A stretch of DNA of 64,000 bases from a bacterium. GTDB taxonomy: Bacteria > Electryoneota > Electryoneia > Electryoneales > Electryoneaceae. The position numbers were made by a program, and so were the translations under genes. Under the pieces are notes generated by a model. That model made no database searches. It worked only from the letters and a program-made list of their open reading frames with translations, and was not told the DNA's origin. The DNA lies in assembly GCA_963675295.2 (NCBI GenBank), contig CAXXKJ010000002.1:3808001-3872000 (forward strand), in the 5' to 3' direction. Every line of letters begins with the position of its first letter. Within the stretch, counting starts at the first letter, position 1. Shown one piece after another: positions 1-9,325 of this stretch.

Positions 1-831
1 AACGTCGACTACCCGAGCAACGGCACCCGTTGGCTCGCGGCCTTGATCGACACCGACCAGATCGTCGATGAATCCAACGAGAACAACAACGCCTACGGCT
101 TCGAGAAGCTGCCGGTGGGTATCGCCACGGTCATCATGGCTGGAAACGTCAGCCCGAACCCGGTTCCGGCTGCTGGCGCGACGATTGTCTACCCGGTGAG
201 CGCGACTCAGTACACCAGTCCGCAGACACGTCCGGCGTGGGTCACGATTTCGTACCAGGGCTACGGCAACTCGGTTGAAATCTTCAAGACCCCGGGCAAC
301 ATCACTCTGAATCCGGGTGGTACGCTCAACACCAACCTGGCCCACTACATCCCGAACAACGCTCCGGGCGGCATGTACACGATCAACGTCAACTTCGGCA
401 ACTACCCGTGGGTCCCGTGGGATTCCGGTGTGACCTCCTTCATGAAGGACGGTCCGGTGGCCAACAGCATGGCTGACTTCCAGGGCGTCGAGTTCAAGAC
501 CCTCAACACCAATGCATTCGACGTGGCGGCCGACGATGAACTCAGCCTCAGCAGCAACCTGCCGACCGAGTTCGCGATGGGCACCGCCTATCCGAACCCG
601 TTCAACCCGAGCACCACGATCTCGTTGGCGCTGCCGGAAACGGCTGAGCTGAACGTGAATGTCTTCAACGTGCAGGGCCAGCTGGTTGCGACCCTCGCGT
701 CCGGCCAGTACCAGGCGGGTCACCACCAGGTGGTGTTCGACGCGCGCGGCCTGTCCAGTGGCGTCTACCTCGTGCAGGCTCAGGCCAGCACCGGTGAAGC
801 CGCTGTCCAGAAGGTCATGTTGATGAAGTAA
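1..831 (+). CDS. 5'-truncated secreted CARDB/Ig-like protein with Por/T9SS-like C-terminal domain; near-identical paralog of 1319..3181
   Basis: Frame is open from base 1 (NVDYPSNGTRW...); end of a CARDB domain (DTDQIVDESNENNN); C-terminal AYPNPFNPST...LSSGVYL...KVMLMK. Confidence 0.9.
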   Translation, partial: NVDYPSNGTRWLAALIDTDQIVDESNENNNAYGFEKLPVGIATVIMAGNVSPNPVPAAGATIVYPVSATQYTSPQTRPAWVTISYQGYGNSVEIFKTPGNITLNPGGTLNTNLAHYIPNNAPGGMYTINVNFGNYPWVPWDSGVTSFMKDGPVANSMADFQGVEFKTLNTNAFDVAADDELSLSSNLPTEFAMGTAYPNPFNPSTTISLALPETAELNVNVFNVQGQLVATLASGQYQAGHHQVVFDARGLSSGVYLVQAQASTGEAAVQKVMLMK

Positions 832-855
832 GACCTCAAGAAGTCGTTCAGAGAT

Positions 856-890
856 TTGAACAAGCCAGCCTTCAGGGCTGGCTTGTTCAA
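856..890 (+). terminator. Intrinsic terminator-like hairpin
   Basis: Perfect 15-bp inverted repeat TTGAACAAGCCAGCC-ttcag-GGCTGGCTTGTTCAA about 25 nt after the stop. Confidence 0.75.
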
Positions 891-1318
891 TTGTTAGATC
901 CGAACCAACATTTATTATCTCTAATAAAATCAAGGGGTAAACGAATGTTAGAGAGACTTGCAAGTCGGCTAACATTGATTTCTAAACTCATTATAATTAA
1001 ACCATTTAAAATCTTAGTTCGTTTCATTTTATGCTTCAAATCATACGACTCCCACATTTCTTCGATGGTTCTTGACTTTCAAAGTGCCTTGATCTAACCT
1101 GTACTCGGGTCGCGGAAAACTACCTGCCACTTGCCCCCACGGAATTGCAAATTACCGCTCCCACCATCTTCAAATCTGTTTTCATGAGTTTTTGTTGTCC
1201 TGATTAGGGAGAGTGGATTTCTCTGCTTTAGAAGTTCGGATTCCCTAACAACGTAAATTCTGCGTGCTATATCTGGTTTTGCAGAAAATTTAGGGGTAGT
1301 ACCCAAAGGAGAGATGCG

Positions 1319-3181
1319 ATGAGTTTGAAGAAAATTATGGTCGTGATATTGGCAGCCGCTCTGCTGCCGGCCGCGTCGATGGCTGAGATCGTTCAGCTGG
1401 ACGCCGCTCCGCAGGAGATGAAGGGCACCGAAGCCCAGCAGGTCTTTACCTGGCCGGGTAGTGTAGCGTTTGATGCGAACATGCTTGCGCAAGAAGGCGC
1501 GCCGGTCGAGCATCAGCGTCCGAACGCAACACAGAAAGCCGAGATGGGTGAGAATGATGCGCCGATGATTGACGCCTTGACGCAGATCTTCATCGACGGT
1601 TTCGCTCCAGGTTGGGATACCAACTGGACCGGCCCGTACGGTGGTGGTTATGACAGTGACGGCAATTTCCATTCCTGGACCTGGTCGGAACGCACCGAAC
1701 GCCAGAGCGTTGGCGATTACGCGATCTATTGCTCCGGCGATGCCACAGAAGTTCCCGATCCGCAGACCGACACCTACGGGGATGACATGGTCACCTGGAT
1801 CAAGTACGGTCCGGTCGATATGAGCGGTTATGAGGGTGCGGGCGTCATGTTTGACACCTACATCGACTGCGAACCGACCTTTGACAACCTCTTCGTTGGC
1901 ATCAGCACCGATGGTGTGAACTTTGATGGTAGCTTCTATTCCGGTTACGATGCCGTCTGGCACACCGACGAATACTACCAGATCGACTTCCCGGGTGGCG
2001 CGACTGAGGTGTACTTCCTGTTCAAGTTCAATAGCGACTACGCTGTCAGCCCGAGCGAAGGCGTCTGGGTTGACCAGGTCCGTCTCTATGGTTACAACCC
2101 CGATCCGCCGCCGGCCCTGTCCGACCTTCGCATCACCGACCTGAGCTGGACGCCGATAAACCCGGCTCCGAATGCCAGCGTTGATGTGACCGTCGATTAC
2201 GTAAATGCCGGTTCTGGCGACGCTGGCCCGTTCTACATCGACCTCTTCAGCGACGCTGATGGCGTTTTTCCGTCCATCGGACAAATTGGCGACTATGCTC
2301 ACTACTACGGCCCCGGCCTTGCTGCCGGTGCGAGCACTTCGTACACATTCACCATCTCGTACCCGAGCAACGGCACCCGCTGGCTCGCGGCGTTGATCGA
2401 TACCGACCAGATCGTTGACGAAACCAACGAATTCAATAACGCCTACGGCTTCGAGAAGCTGCCGGTGGGCATCGCCACGGTCATCATGGCTGGAAACGTC
2501 AGCCCGAACCCGGTTCCGGCTGCCGGCGCAACGATTGTCTACCCAGTGAGCGCGACTCAGTACACCAGTCCGCAGACACGTCCGGCATGGGTCACCATTT
2601 CCTACGAAGGCTACGGCAACTCGGTCGAAGTCTTCAAGACTCCGGGCAACATCACTCTGAATCCGGGTGGTACGCTCAACACCAACCTGGCCCACTACAT
2701 CCCGAACAACGCTCCGGGCGGCATGTACACGATCAACGTCAACTTCGGCAACTACCCCTGGGTCCCGTGGGATTCCGGTGTGACCTCCTTCATGAAGGAC
2801 GGTCCGGTGGCCAACAGCATGGCTGACTTCCAGAGCGTCGAGTTCAAGACCCTCAACACCAATGCATTCGACGTGGCGGCCGACGATGAACTCAGCCTGA
2901 GCAGCAACCTGCCGACCGAGTTCGCGATGGGCACCGCCTACCCGAATCCGTTCAACCCGAGCACCACGATCTCGTTGGCGCTGCCGGAAACGGCTGAGCT
3001 GAACGTGAATGTCTTCAACGTGCAGGGCCAGCTGGTTGCGACCCTCGCGTCCGGACAGTACCAGGCGGGTCACCACCAGATGGTGTTTGACGCGCGCGGC
3101 CTGTCCAGTGGCGTCTACCTCGTGCAGGCTCAGGCCAGCACCGGCGAAGCCGCTGTCCAGAAGGTCATGTTGATGAAGTAA
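1319..3181 (+). CDS. Secreted protein: signal peptide, jelly-roll-like domain, CARDB, Ig-like domain, Por/T9SS-like tail
   Basis: RBS AAGGAG; signal peptide MSLKKIMVVILAAALLPAASMA; EGVWVDQV, SDLRITDL...VDETNEFNN, YPNPFNP motifs. Confidence 0.92.
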   Translation: MSLKKIMVVILAAALLPAASMAEIVQLDAAPQEMKGTEAQQVFTWPGSVAFDANMLAQEGAPVEHQRPNATQKAEMGENDAPMIDALTQIFIDGFAPGWDTNWTGPYGGGYDSDGNFHSWTWSERTERQSVGDYAIYCSGDATEVPDPQTDTYGDDMVTWIKYGPVDMSGYEGAGVMFDTYIDCEPTFDNLFVGISTDGVNFDGSFYSGYDAVWHTDEYYQIDFPGGATEVYFLFKFNSDYAVSPSEGVWVDQVRLYGYNPDPPPALSDLRITDLSWTPINPAPNASVDVTVDYVNAGSGDAGPFYIDLFSDADGVFPSIGQIGDYAHYYGPGLAAGASTSYTFTISYPSNGTRWLAALIDTDQIVDETNEFNNAYGFEKLPVGIATVIMAGNVSPNPVPAAGATIVYPVSATQYTSPQTRPAWVTISYEGYGNSVEVFKTPGNITLNPGGTLNTNLAHYIPNNAPGGMYTINVNFGNYPWVPWDSGVTSFMKDGPVANSMADFQSVEFKTLNTNAFDVAADDELSLSSNLPTEFAMGTAYPNPFNPSTTISLALPETAELNVNVFNVQGQLVATLASGQYQAGHHQMVFDARGLSSGVYLVQAQASTGEAAVQKVMLMK

Positions 3182-3231
3182 GCTGTCTGCACGATCGATC
3201 CTCTCCTTTCACACGGAGGAGAGACACTGTG

Positions 3232-3260
3232 AGCCGCCCGGATCGAGCATCCGGGCGGCT
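3232..3260 (+). terminator. Intrinsic terminator
   Basis: AGCCGCCCGGAT-cgagc-ATCCGGGCGGCT followed by T-rich sequence. Confidence 0.75.
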
Positions 3261-3711
3261 TCGTTTGTTACCCTATTTCGCCTCAAATCCTCCACATTTT
3301 TTGTGTTCCATAGCCCCCCGTTTCGCCTCCGTTGCTCACCCCTACTCCCGTTTCCCCGCTGCCAGTCTGCACTTCCCGGCTCACCTTTTCACCAAAATTA
3401 TTAGAATTTACCGCGTCGTATTTAGTATTTTAAGGATACTGAACAATTCGAGATTTTACGTTATCCCTGAAATAGCAAGGACATCCGCCTGCCTCTCCCT
3501 GATCTTATTGATAAGCAATCTATCATAATCATAAGAATTTCATTGCGTTTCGAGTTTTTGCAGAATATCTTTCGATTGAGTACGCAGGCAGACCCGTCTG
3601 ACAAGCGACAGGCAGTACAGGCTGGATCGGACTCACCGGGTGTTGTGGTTGTTTTCGGTGAGGAGATGGCTTCAGGCCTGGTTCTGATTCGGTTCGAAAG
3701 GCAGGTGGATC

Positions 3712-5514
3712 ATGAAAAAGCTCATCGTTTTCACAGTGGCATTTGCGACGGCCTTGCCGTTGCTGTGGACATCCACAGTGCTGGCGTCCGGCGTCACCAA
3801 GCCTGCGGCGAAGCATGCGATGAAGGCGTCAACTCCGCCGGTGGTACGTGCGGGCACGTTGAACCTCGACCCCAGCGCGGAACCGGCGATTCAGATCGAG
3901 CCCTATCGTGTGACCGATCCCGCAGACGCCCGCGCGTTGCGCACCCAGTGTGGCGGCCAATCCGACCCGCCGCAACTGGACAACGTCCTTTTCTTCGACG
4001 ACTTCGAGGGAGAGTTCCCGGGCCCGTGGACCATCACCGGCAACCCGTCCACCTGGGGGCTGGAGACCGAACGGTCGCACTCCGGCAACGGCGCGGTCTG
4101 GTGCAACGGCAACAACCGTGAGCCGGCCCAGGGCTATCGTCCCAACTGTTCGTCCACGATCTGGATGCGGCTTGACCTCACACGGTACGAGTCCGGCACC
4201 CTAAGTTTCTGGCACTGGTGCGACACCCAGGCGGGCTACGACAACCTGTTCGTCGGCGTCTCCAACAGCGGCTATCCGTTCACCGGCCTCTTCATCTCCG
4301 GCAACATCCAGGAGTGGCGTCGCGAAACCATTGACATCACCGAATTCTGCGGTGACGAGATGATGCTCATCTTCCGTTTCCAGACCAGCCCCTACTATGA
4401 ATACGAAGGCGTCTGGATCGACGATGTCACAGTCACCGGCATCGAAGCCGGCACTCCCGACCTCAAGGTTACCAGCATCACCCATTCGCCGGAAAATCCG
4501 CAGCCGTGGTTCCCGGTGACAGTCTCAGTCACGGTGCTCAACTACGGCGATTCCAACTCCGGACCGTTCTACGTCGACCTCTTCCTCGACCAGCCGAGCA
4601 AGCCGATGATCGGCGACTACGGCAGCCTCTACCAGTTCGTGCCGAACGGTCTGAATGCGGGCACGACGCAGGAATTCCAGTTCATGCTGGACTATCCGGA
4701 TCATGGCACCAAGCACCTGTGGTCGATTGTCGACACCGACCAGATGGTGGACGAGTTCAACGAGCTGGATAACGTTCACGGCCCCTACGATGTGCCAATC
4801 GGTGTGGCCACAGTCGCGACGGTGACACCCGGTTCACCGGTGATCATCGTGCCGCCGTCCGGGGGATCGTTCAATTACGGCGTCACCGTCGATCAGTACA
4901 CCGGCACCGCGTGGCACGAAGGCTGGACCACGATCACCTACCTCGGCACCGGCACTTCGCTGCAGGTGGAATTCCTCGACAACCAGCCGTTTGTTCCGGG
5001 CGATCCGTTGCAGTATTCACGCACCCAGAACGTGCCCGGCTTCGCCCCGCCGGGGAACTACCAGTTGACGGTCACCATCGGCACCTACCCGTGGACGATG
5101 CACGACACCGGCTCATTCCAGTTCACCAAGGCCGGCGGTGTCAGCACGGCAACGGCTGCGTCGCTGGGTTCGACGGTCGATTGGCCGAGCACCGGCTCTA
5201 CGTTTGCCGCGGGCGATGGGGACGCGTCCGTGCAGAGCGCCTTGCCCGACCAGTTTGGCCTCAGCACGGCGTACCCGAATCCGTTCAACCCGTCCACGTC
5301 GTTTGAGGTGCTGCTGCCGTCCGCCACGCAGCTCGAGGTGACGGTTTACACGATGCAGGGGCGTGAGGTTGCCCGGTTGGCGTCAGGAGACTACACCGCT
5401 GGATCTCATCGCCTCTGCTTTGACGGTCATGGGCTGGCGAGCGGCGTCTACCTGATCACCGCCCGCACCAGCGCCGGCGACTCCGCCACGCAGAAGGTTG
5501 TGCTGATGAAGTGA
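3712..5514 (+). CDS. Third, more diverged paralog of the CARDB/Por-tail secreted protein
   Basis: Signal peptide; DNLFVGVS, EGVWIDDV, PFYVDLF, DTDQMVDEFNELDN and YPNPFNP blocks shared with 1319..3181. Confidence 0.92.
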   Translation: MKKLIVFTVAFATALPLLWTSTVLASGVTKPAAKHAMKASTPPVVRAGTLNLDPSAEPAIQIEPYRVTDPADARALRTQCGGQSDPPQLDNVLFFDDFEGEFPGPWTITGNPSTWGLETERSHSGNGAVWCNGNNREPAQGYRPNCSSTIWMRLDLTRYESGTLSFWHWCDTQAGYDNLFVGVSNSGYPFTGLFISGNIQEWRRETIDITEFCGDEMMLIFRFQTSPYYEYEGVWIDDVTVTGIEAGTPDLKVTSITHSPENPQPWFPVTVSVTVLNYGDSNSGPFYVDLFLDQPSKPMIGDYGSLYQFVPNGLNAGTTQEFQFMLDYPDHGTKHLWSIVDTDQMVDEFNELDNVHGPYDVPIGVATVATVTPGSPVIIVPPSGGSFNYGVTVDQYTGTAWHEGWTTITYLGTGTSLQVEFLDNQPFVPGDPLQYSRTQNVPGFAPPGNYQLTVTIGTYPWTMHDTGSFQFTKAGGVSTATAASLGSTVDWPSTGSTFAAGDGDASVQSALPDQFGLSTAYPNPFNPSTSFEVLLPSATQLEVTVYTMQGREVARLASGDYTAGSHRLCFDGHGLASGVYLITARTSAGDSATQKVVLMK

Positions 5515-5549
5515 GTCGCGTCTCTCGTCTCTGGTCTTTCGTTTCTTGA

Positions 5550-6128
5550 AAACAGCACTGCCACGGCTCCAAGTCCGTGGCAGTTTCACGTTCCCGCCAA
5601 TCGTCAGTCTGCCAGCACGTCATTCCGAACGGAACGAAGAGAAGTGAGGAAGAGCCAGCTACGGGCGGGTGGATCGCGGTGTGTCCCGACAGAGTGTCAT
5701 TTCCCAAGCCGGGTATCATGGTCTCAGGGTCTGGTATCTGGTATCTGGTTTGTGGTTTCTGGGGTCTGACAACATCACGTGCCCGTGTTTGCTTGCAAAC
5801 GCGGCCGTGTTGCACATGAACACGTTTACTCCTTATCAGACGTCCGTGGCAGTTTCACTTCCAGCCAATCGTCAGTCTGCCAGCGCGTCATTCCGAACGG
5901 AACGAAGAGAAGTGAGGAAGAGCCCGCTTCGTGCAGGTCGATAGCGGTGCGGCCCGACATAGTGTCATTTCCCAAGCCGGGTATCATGGTCACTGGGTCT
6001 GGTTTGTGGGATCTGGGATCTGGGGTCTGAAGTCTGACAAAAACACGTGCCCGTGTTTGCTTGCAAACGCGGCCGTGTTGCACATGAACACGTTTACTCC
6101 TTATCAGACGTCCGTGGCAGTGCTGTTT
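5550..6128. repeat. Composite REP/BIME-like element: two ~269-bp direct repeats bounded by 17-bp inverted repeats
   Basis: GTCCGTGGCAGT recurs at 5573, 5842 and 6110; AAACAGCACTGCCACGG (5550-5566) is the reverse complement of 6112-6128. Confidence 0.85.
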
Positions 6129-6152
6129 GCTCATGGCTCATAGCTCAACACA

Positions 6153-7082
6153 TCACCTCCCCCGCGGGTGAAACTCCCGGTGTTCCTGTTGCAGGGTGGA
6201 GCGTTGCAGGTGGGTGTAGATCTGCGTCGTCGAGATGTCGGCGTGTCCGAGCATTTCCTGCACCGCACGCAGGTCGGCGCCGGCTTCGATCAGGTGCGTC
6301 GCGAAGGTGTGACGGAAGATGTGCGGGCTGATGGTGGCGTTGAGCTGTAACGGTTCGGCGATGGCTTTCAGCCGGATCCAGATCGCCTGCCGGGTCAATG
6401 GGCGCCCGTTTTTCGACAGGAACAGCACTCCCTTGTCCAGCCCACGTCCTCCAGCGAGGGACGCACGCACGCCTTCCTTCAGGTACTGGTCATGCACCCA
6501 GTGCACCGCAGCCTCCCCGATCGGGACATAGCGTTCCTTGCTGCCCTTGCCGAAGACTCGCAGGAACGAGTCCCGCCACAGGCAATCGGCGAGCGTCAAC
6601 GTGATCAGCTCGGTGACCCGCAGTCCGCACGCCCACAGCAGTTCCATGATCGCCCGGTCACGCAGGCCGAGATCATCGGAGGTGTCCGGCGCCTCGACTA
6701 GCCGGGTGGCGTCCTCGACGCTCAACGCTTCCGGCAGCTTCTTCGACCGGCGGGCAACACGGAGTGTGGTTGCGGGGTTCTTCGGCGCCAACCCCTCTCG
6801 CTGCAGAAATTTGTGGAAGTGACGAATCGCGGCGGCGCTACGCGCACGGCTGGTCTGTGCGAGCCCGAGGTCGGACAACATTCTCAGGTGTCGCTGAATG
6901 TGGGAATACTCGATCGCTTCGGCGCTTTTGACGTTCGCCGCCGACAGATGCTGCACGTACCGCACGAGGTCGCGCTGGTAGGATTCGAGTGTGTTCGGGC
7001 TGTAGCTGCGTTCCAGCTCGAGATGCGAGAGGAACTCCGCCAGTTCGTCACGCAAAATCGGTACTTGCGGCGGCTCGTTCAC
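6153..7082 (-). CDS. xerD: Tyrosine recombinase XerD
   Basis: GLRVTEL, GKGSKER, SPHIFRHTFATHL, VQEMLGHADISTTQIYTH; 309 aa. Confidence 0.88.
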   Translation of the reverse strand: MNEPPQVPILRDELAEFLSHLELERSYSPNTLESYQRDLVRYVQHLSAANVKSAEAIEYSHIQRHLRMLSDLGLAQTSRARSAAAIRHFHKFLQREGLAPKNPATTLRVARRSKKLPEALSVEDATRLVEAPDTSDDLGLRDRAIMELLWACGLRVTELITLTLADCLWRDSFLRVFGKGSKERYVPIGEAAVHWVHDQYLKEGVRASLAGGRGLDKGVLFLSKNGRPLTRQAIWIRLKAIAEPLQLNATISPHIFRHTFATHLIEAGADLRAVQEMLGHADISTTQIYTHLQRSTLQQEHREFHPRGR

Positions 7083-7792
7083 GTCCGCGCCTCGAGCCGG
7101 GCGAACAGGTCTTTCTCGAGCACGCCGAGACCGTGCGCCAGTTGATCACGGAAGGCGTCCAGCTCCTCGCCACGGACACGCGGCGGCACGTGGATCGGTT
7201 CGCCGAACCCGACCGCGATCCGGGTCATCGGCAGCGGGATGAATTGCCTGTCCCACGTTCCCAGCCGCCAGCCGCTGCGGGCGATAGCGTGCATTGGCAG
7301 GATCGGACGTTTCGCCAATGACGCGATCTGCACGATGCCCGGTTTGACGTCGCGCCGGGGGCCGATCGGACCGTCCACCACCCAACCGATCGTGCGGCCT
7401 TGCTTCAGGGTGCGCACGCTCTCACGGATCGCCTGGATCTGTTGATGGCCGCTCGAGCCGCGCGCCAGGTCGAACCCGAGGCCACGCATCGCGCCGGCAA
7501 TGATTTCCCCCTCCCACGATGGCGACACGACCGCCACCATATCATTATCGCGCACGCTGTAGATGTTCATCAGCAACGCTTCGTGCCAGCTGCCGAGGAT
7601 CCAGCTTCCGGTACGCGACACGGCGCGCAGATGGTCAAGACCGGTCCAGCGAATGTCCCATGTCGCGCCGATCCGGCGCAGCAGCGGTGTCAACAGATGC
7701 TGCGTCAGCGGCGGCATCGCGTATGGCCACAGGCCTGCGGGTTGCCCCGGCCGTGGTTCAGGCAGTCGAAAAAGCTGTTGGTAGTTGATCAT
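7079..7792 (-). CDS. DUF374 / lysophospholipid acyltransferase family protein
   Basis: WH, S.S..GE, RGSS, DGP.GP...KPG, WD...IP.P motifs; 4-nt overlap with xerD. Confidence 0.8.
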   Translation of the reverse strand: MINYQQLFRLPEPRPGQPAGLWPYAMPPLTQHLLTPLLRRIGATWDIRWTGLDHLRAVSRTGSWILGSWHEALLMNIYSVRDNDMVAVVSPSWEGEIIAGAMRGLGFDLARGSSGHQQIQAIRESVRTLKQGRTIGWVVDGPIGPRRDVKPGIVQIASLAKRPILPMHAIARSGWRLGTWDRQFIPLPMTRIAVGFGEPIHVPPRVRGEELDAFRDQLAHGLGVLEKDLFARLEART

Positions 7793-8271
7793 GGTTGTTT
7801 CGATCCGTTGAATGCATACGAAATGTGATCATTCTCAGGTGGGAAACTCAACAGGTTTCAGCGCTCCTGATGTCAGTTTTCGAATAAGTTGGATCTTCCA
7901 GAAAGAAAGTACAGGAGGGAAGAACATACGCGTAAAAGCATATTCGCATGAAGAGATATTCTTGATAGCGAAAAAACTAACAATTCGCCGAGGGTGATAT
8001 TGTTGAGAAAAAGGATGGAAGATAAAAGAAAACCAGCTGGATTTCGGTAGCCTGTGGAATAGTGCAATTTGAATGAAGAAAACGAACAATGTTGCGTGTC
8101 TCTTTCCAGTATTGCAATCGGAGCGACAGTGCGGAAGTCGTATTGAATTTATTGAAATTGAAGTTCATGCAAAAAATTGCATGAACAGTATTTGTAATTT
8201 ACCCGCTGATACACTAGAATTACGTCGAAAATACGGAAAAGCTTCTTGGAGTGGTTTTGTTCTCAGCGGGG

Positions 8272-8300
8272 TTGACTGGAGATGTTAGACTGATTATTAT
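8272..8300 (+). promoter_or_regulatory. Sigma70-type promoter for 8361..8600
   Basis: TTGACT-17 nt-TATTAT, 60 nt upstream of the ATG. Confidence 0.65.
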
Positions 8301-8360
8301 AGTTGTGTACATTGGCGTACATAAGACAAGATTGGGCGCGCTACACGAAAGGAACACCTC

Positions 8361-8600
8361 ATGGCGACCGTCAGTGACCGCAAGTACGCGGAAGGTATGG
8401 GTTTGGATGTTGAACAGGTTCGCAAGTTAATCAAGCGACTGGATATCGCTTTCTTCTCCAGTGGCAAGGGCGAAAGCATGGTTTACATGTTCGACTCCGA
8501 TGAACTCGACTCGAAGTTGCAGGACATGAAGAAGTCGAAGAAGGATCGTCGTCGCGGTCCGCGCAAAAAGGCTGCGAAGACGGCTGCGGCGAAGAAGTAA
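8361..8600 (+). CDS. Small basic putative DNA-binding protein (HTH-like N-terminus, K/A-rich tail)
   Basis: RBS AAAGGA; host-like codons; own promoter and terminator; tail KKSKKDRRRGPRKKAAKTAAAKK. Confidence 0.8.
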   Translation: MATVSDRKYAEGMGLDVEQVRKLIKRLDIAFFSSGKGESMVYMFDSDELDSKLQDMKKSKKDRRRGPRKKAAKTAAAKK

Positions 8601-8625
8601 CGCCTTCCGTCGACTTGAAGTGACT

Positions 8626-8675
8626 GGGAGTTCCATCGGATATTGGCAGAAACATCCTGTGGGACTCCCTTTTTT
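8626..8675 (+). terminator. Intrinsic terminator
   Basis: GGGAGTTCCA...TGGGACTCCC stem followed by T6. Confidence 0.7.
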
Positions 8676-8753
8676 GCCTGCTCGATCCCGACACCGACTA
8701 AGATCGACCTGCCAACCTGTTCATTTATCTGGACTTGCGTAAGTTGCCCCTCC

Positions 8754-8769
8754 CGGCACGCGAGTTGCT
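8754..8769 (+). promoter_or_regulatory. Sigma54 -24/-12 promoter of flgB
   Basis: CGGCACGCGAGTTGCT versus consensus TGGCACG-N4-TTGCW, about 32 nt before the ATG. Confidence 0.7.
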
Positions 8770-8801
8770 CACTGTTTTCCGTCAACAGGAACACTCCGTC
8801 C

Positions 8802-9242
8802 ATGAGCAACAACACCTACAACTTTCTCTTCAAGCGGCTGGACGCGATGCAGCCCCTCGTAAAGGGATTGGATGCCTACGCCGCGCGGCAGAAAGCGATT
8901 GCATCCAACATTGCGAACTCGGAAACGCCCGGCTACCGTGCCAGGCGTGTCGAGTTTGAGAACGAACTACGCACCGTGGTCGACCGGCACCGCCGGATGC
9001 TTTCCCGTTCCAGCGGAACACACATCCCGGTTGCCGGCGGGCAACGTCGGATGGATAAGCTGCAGCCGCATGTGGTGGAAAACGAAAACCGTGAGCTGAT
9101 CAACGGCGTCAACAACGTCGACATTGACGCCGAGATGGCGGGCATGGCGACCAACCAGATTCAGTTTTCGACGGCCGCCAAGGTGTTGAGCATGCGGTAT
9201 AAAATCCTGCGGTCGAGCATTCTCGGACGAAGCTCCGGATAG
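8802..9242 (+). CDS. flgB: Flagellar basal-body rod protein FlgB
   Basis: LD....RQKAIASNIANSETPGY and NNVDIDAEMA.M..NQI motifs; start set to the ATG at 8802 after AGGA. Confidence 0.92.
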   Translation: MSNNTYNFLFKRLDAMQPLVKGLDAYAARQKAIASNIANSETPGYRARRVEFENELRTVVDRHRRMLSRSSGTHIPVAGGQRRMDKLQPHVVENENRELINGVNNVDIDAEMAGMATNQIQFSTAAKVLSMRYKILRSSILGRSSG

Positions 9243-9273
9243 CCCGGAGCGCATCATCCCGATTCAGAACAGA

Positions 9274-9299
9274 AAAACACGCCCCGAAAGGCGTGTTTT
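9274..9299. terminator. Bidirectional terminator between convergent genes
   Basis: AAAACACGCC-ccgaaa-GGCGTGTTTT. Confidence 0.75.
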
Positions 9300-9325
9300 C
9301 TATCTCATCAATACTCTTGTTCGCA

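Noticed and set aside
1094-3076. 660-aa minus-strand ORF, and similar long antisense ORFs (9959..11095, 12217..13449, 20988..22499, 36250..37893, 53095..54345, 62772..63671)
   Set aside because: Antisense shadows of well-supported genes, expected from high-GC codon bias; no motifs.
1-3181. Duplicated 3' ends as a DGR template/variable repeat pair
   Set aside because: Differences are mostly synonymous and not adenine-specific, both copies are coding, and there is no reverse transcriptase in the window.
6153-7082. Tyrosine recombinase as the integrase of a mobile element or integron
   Set aside because: XerD-like length and motifs, no IntI-specific insertion, host-like codons, coupled to a housekeeping gene; no att sites recognised.
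7800-8350. AT-rich region as oriC or dif; short ORFs 7835..8089 and 8073..8288
   Set aside because: No clustered TTATCCACA boxes or dif-like site seen; the ORFs lack RBS, motifs and host codon usage.
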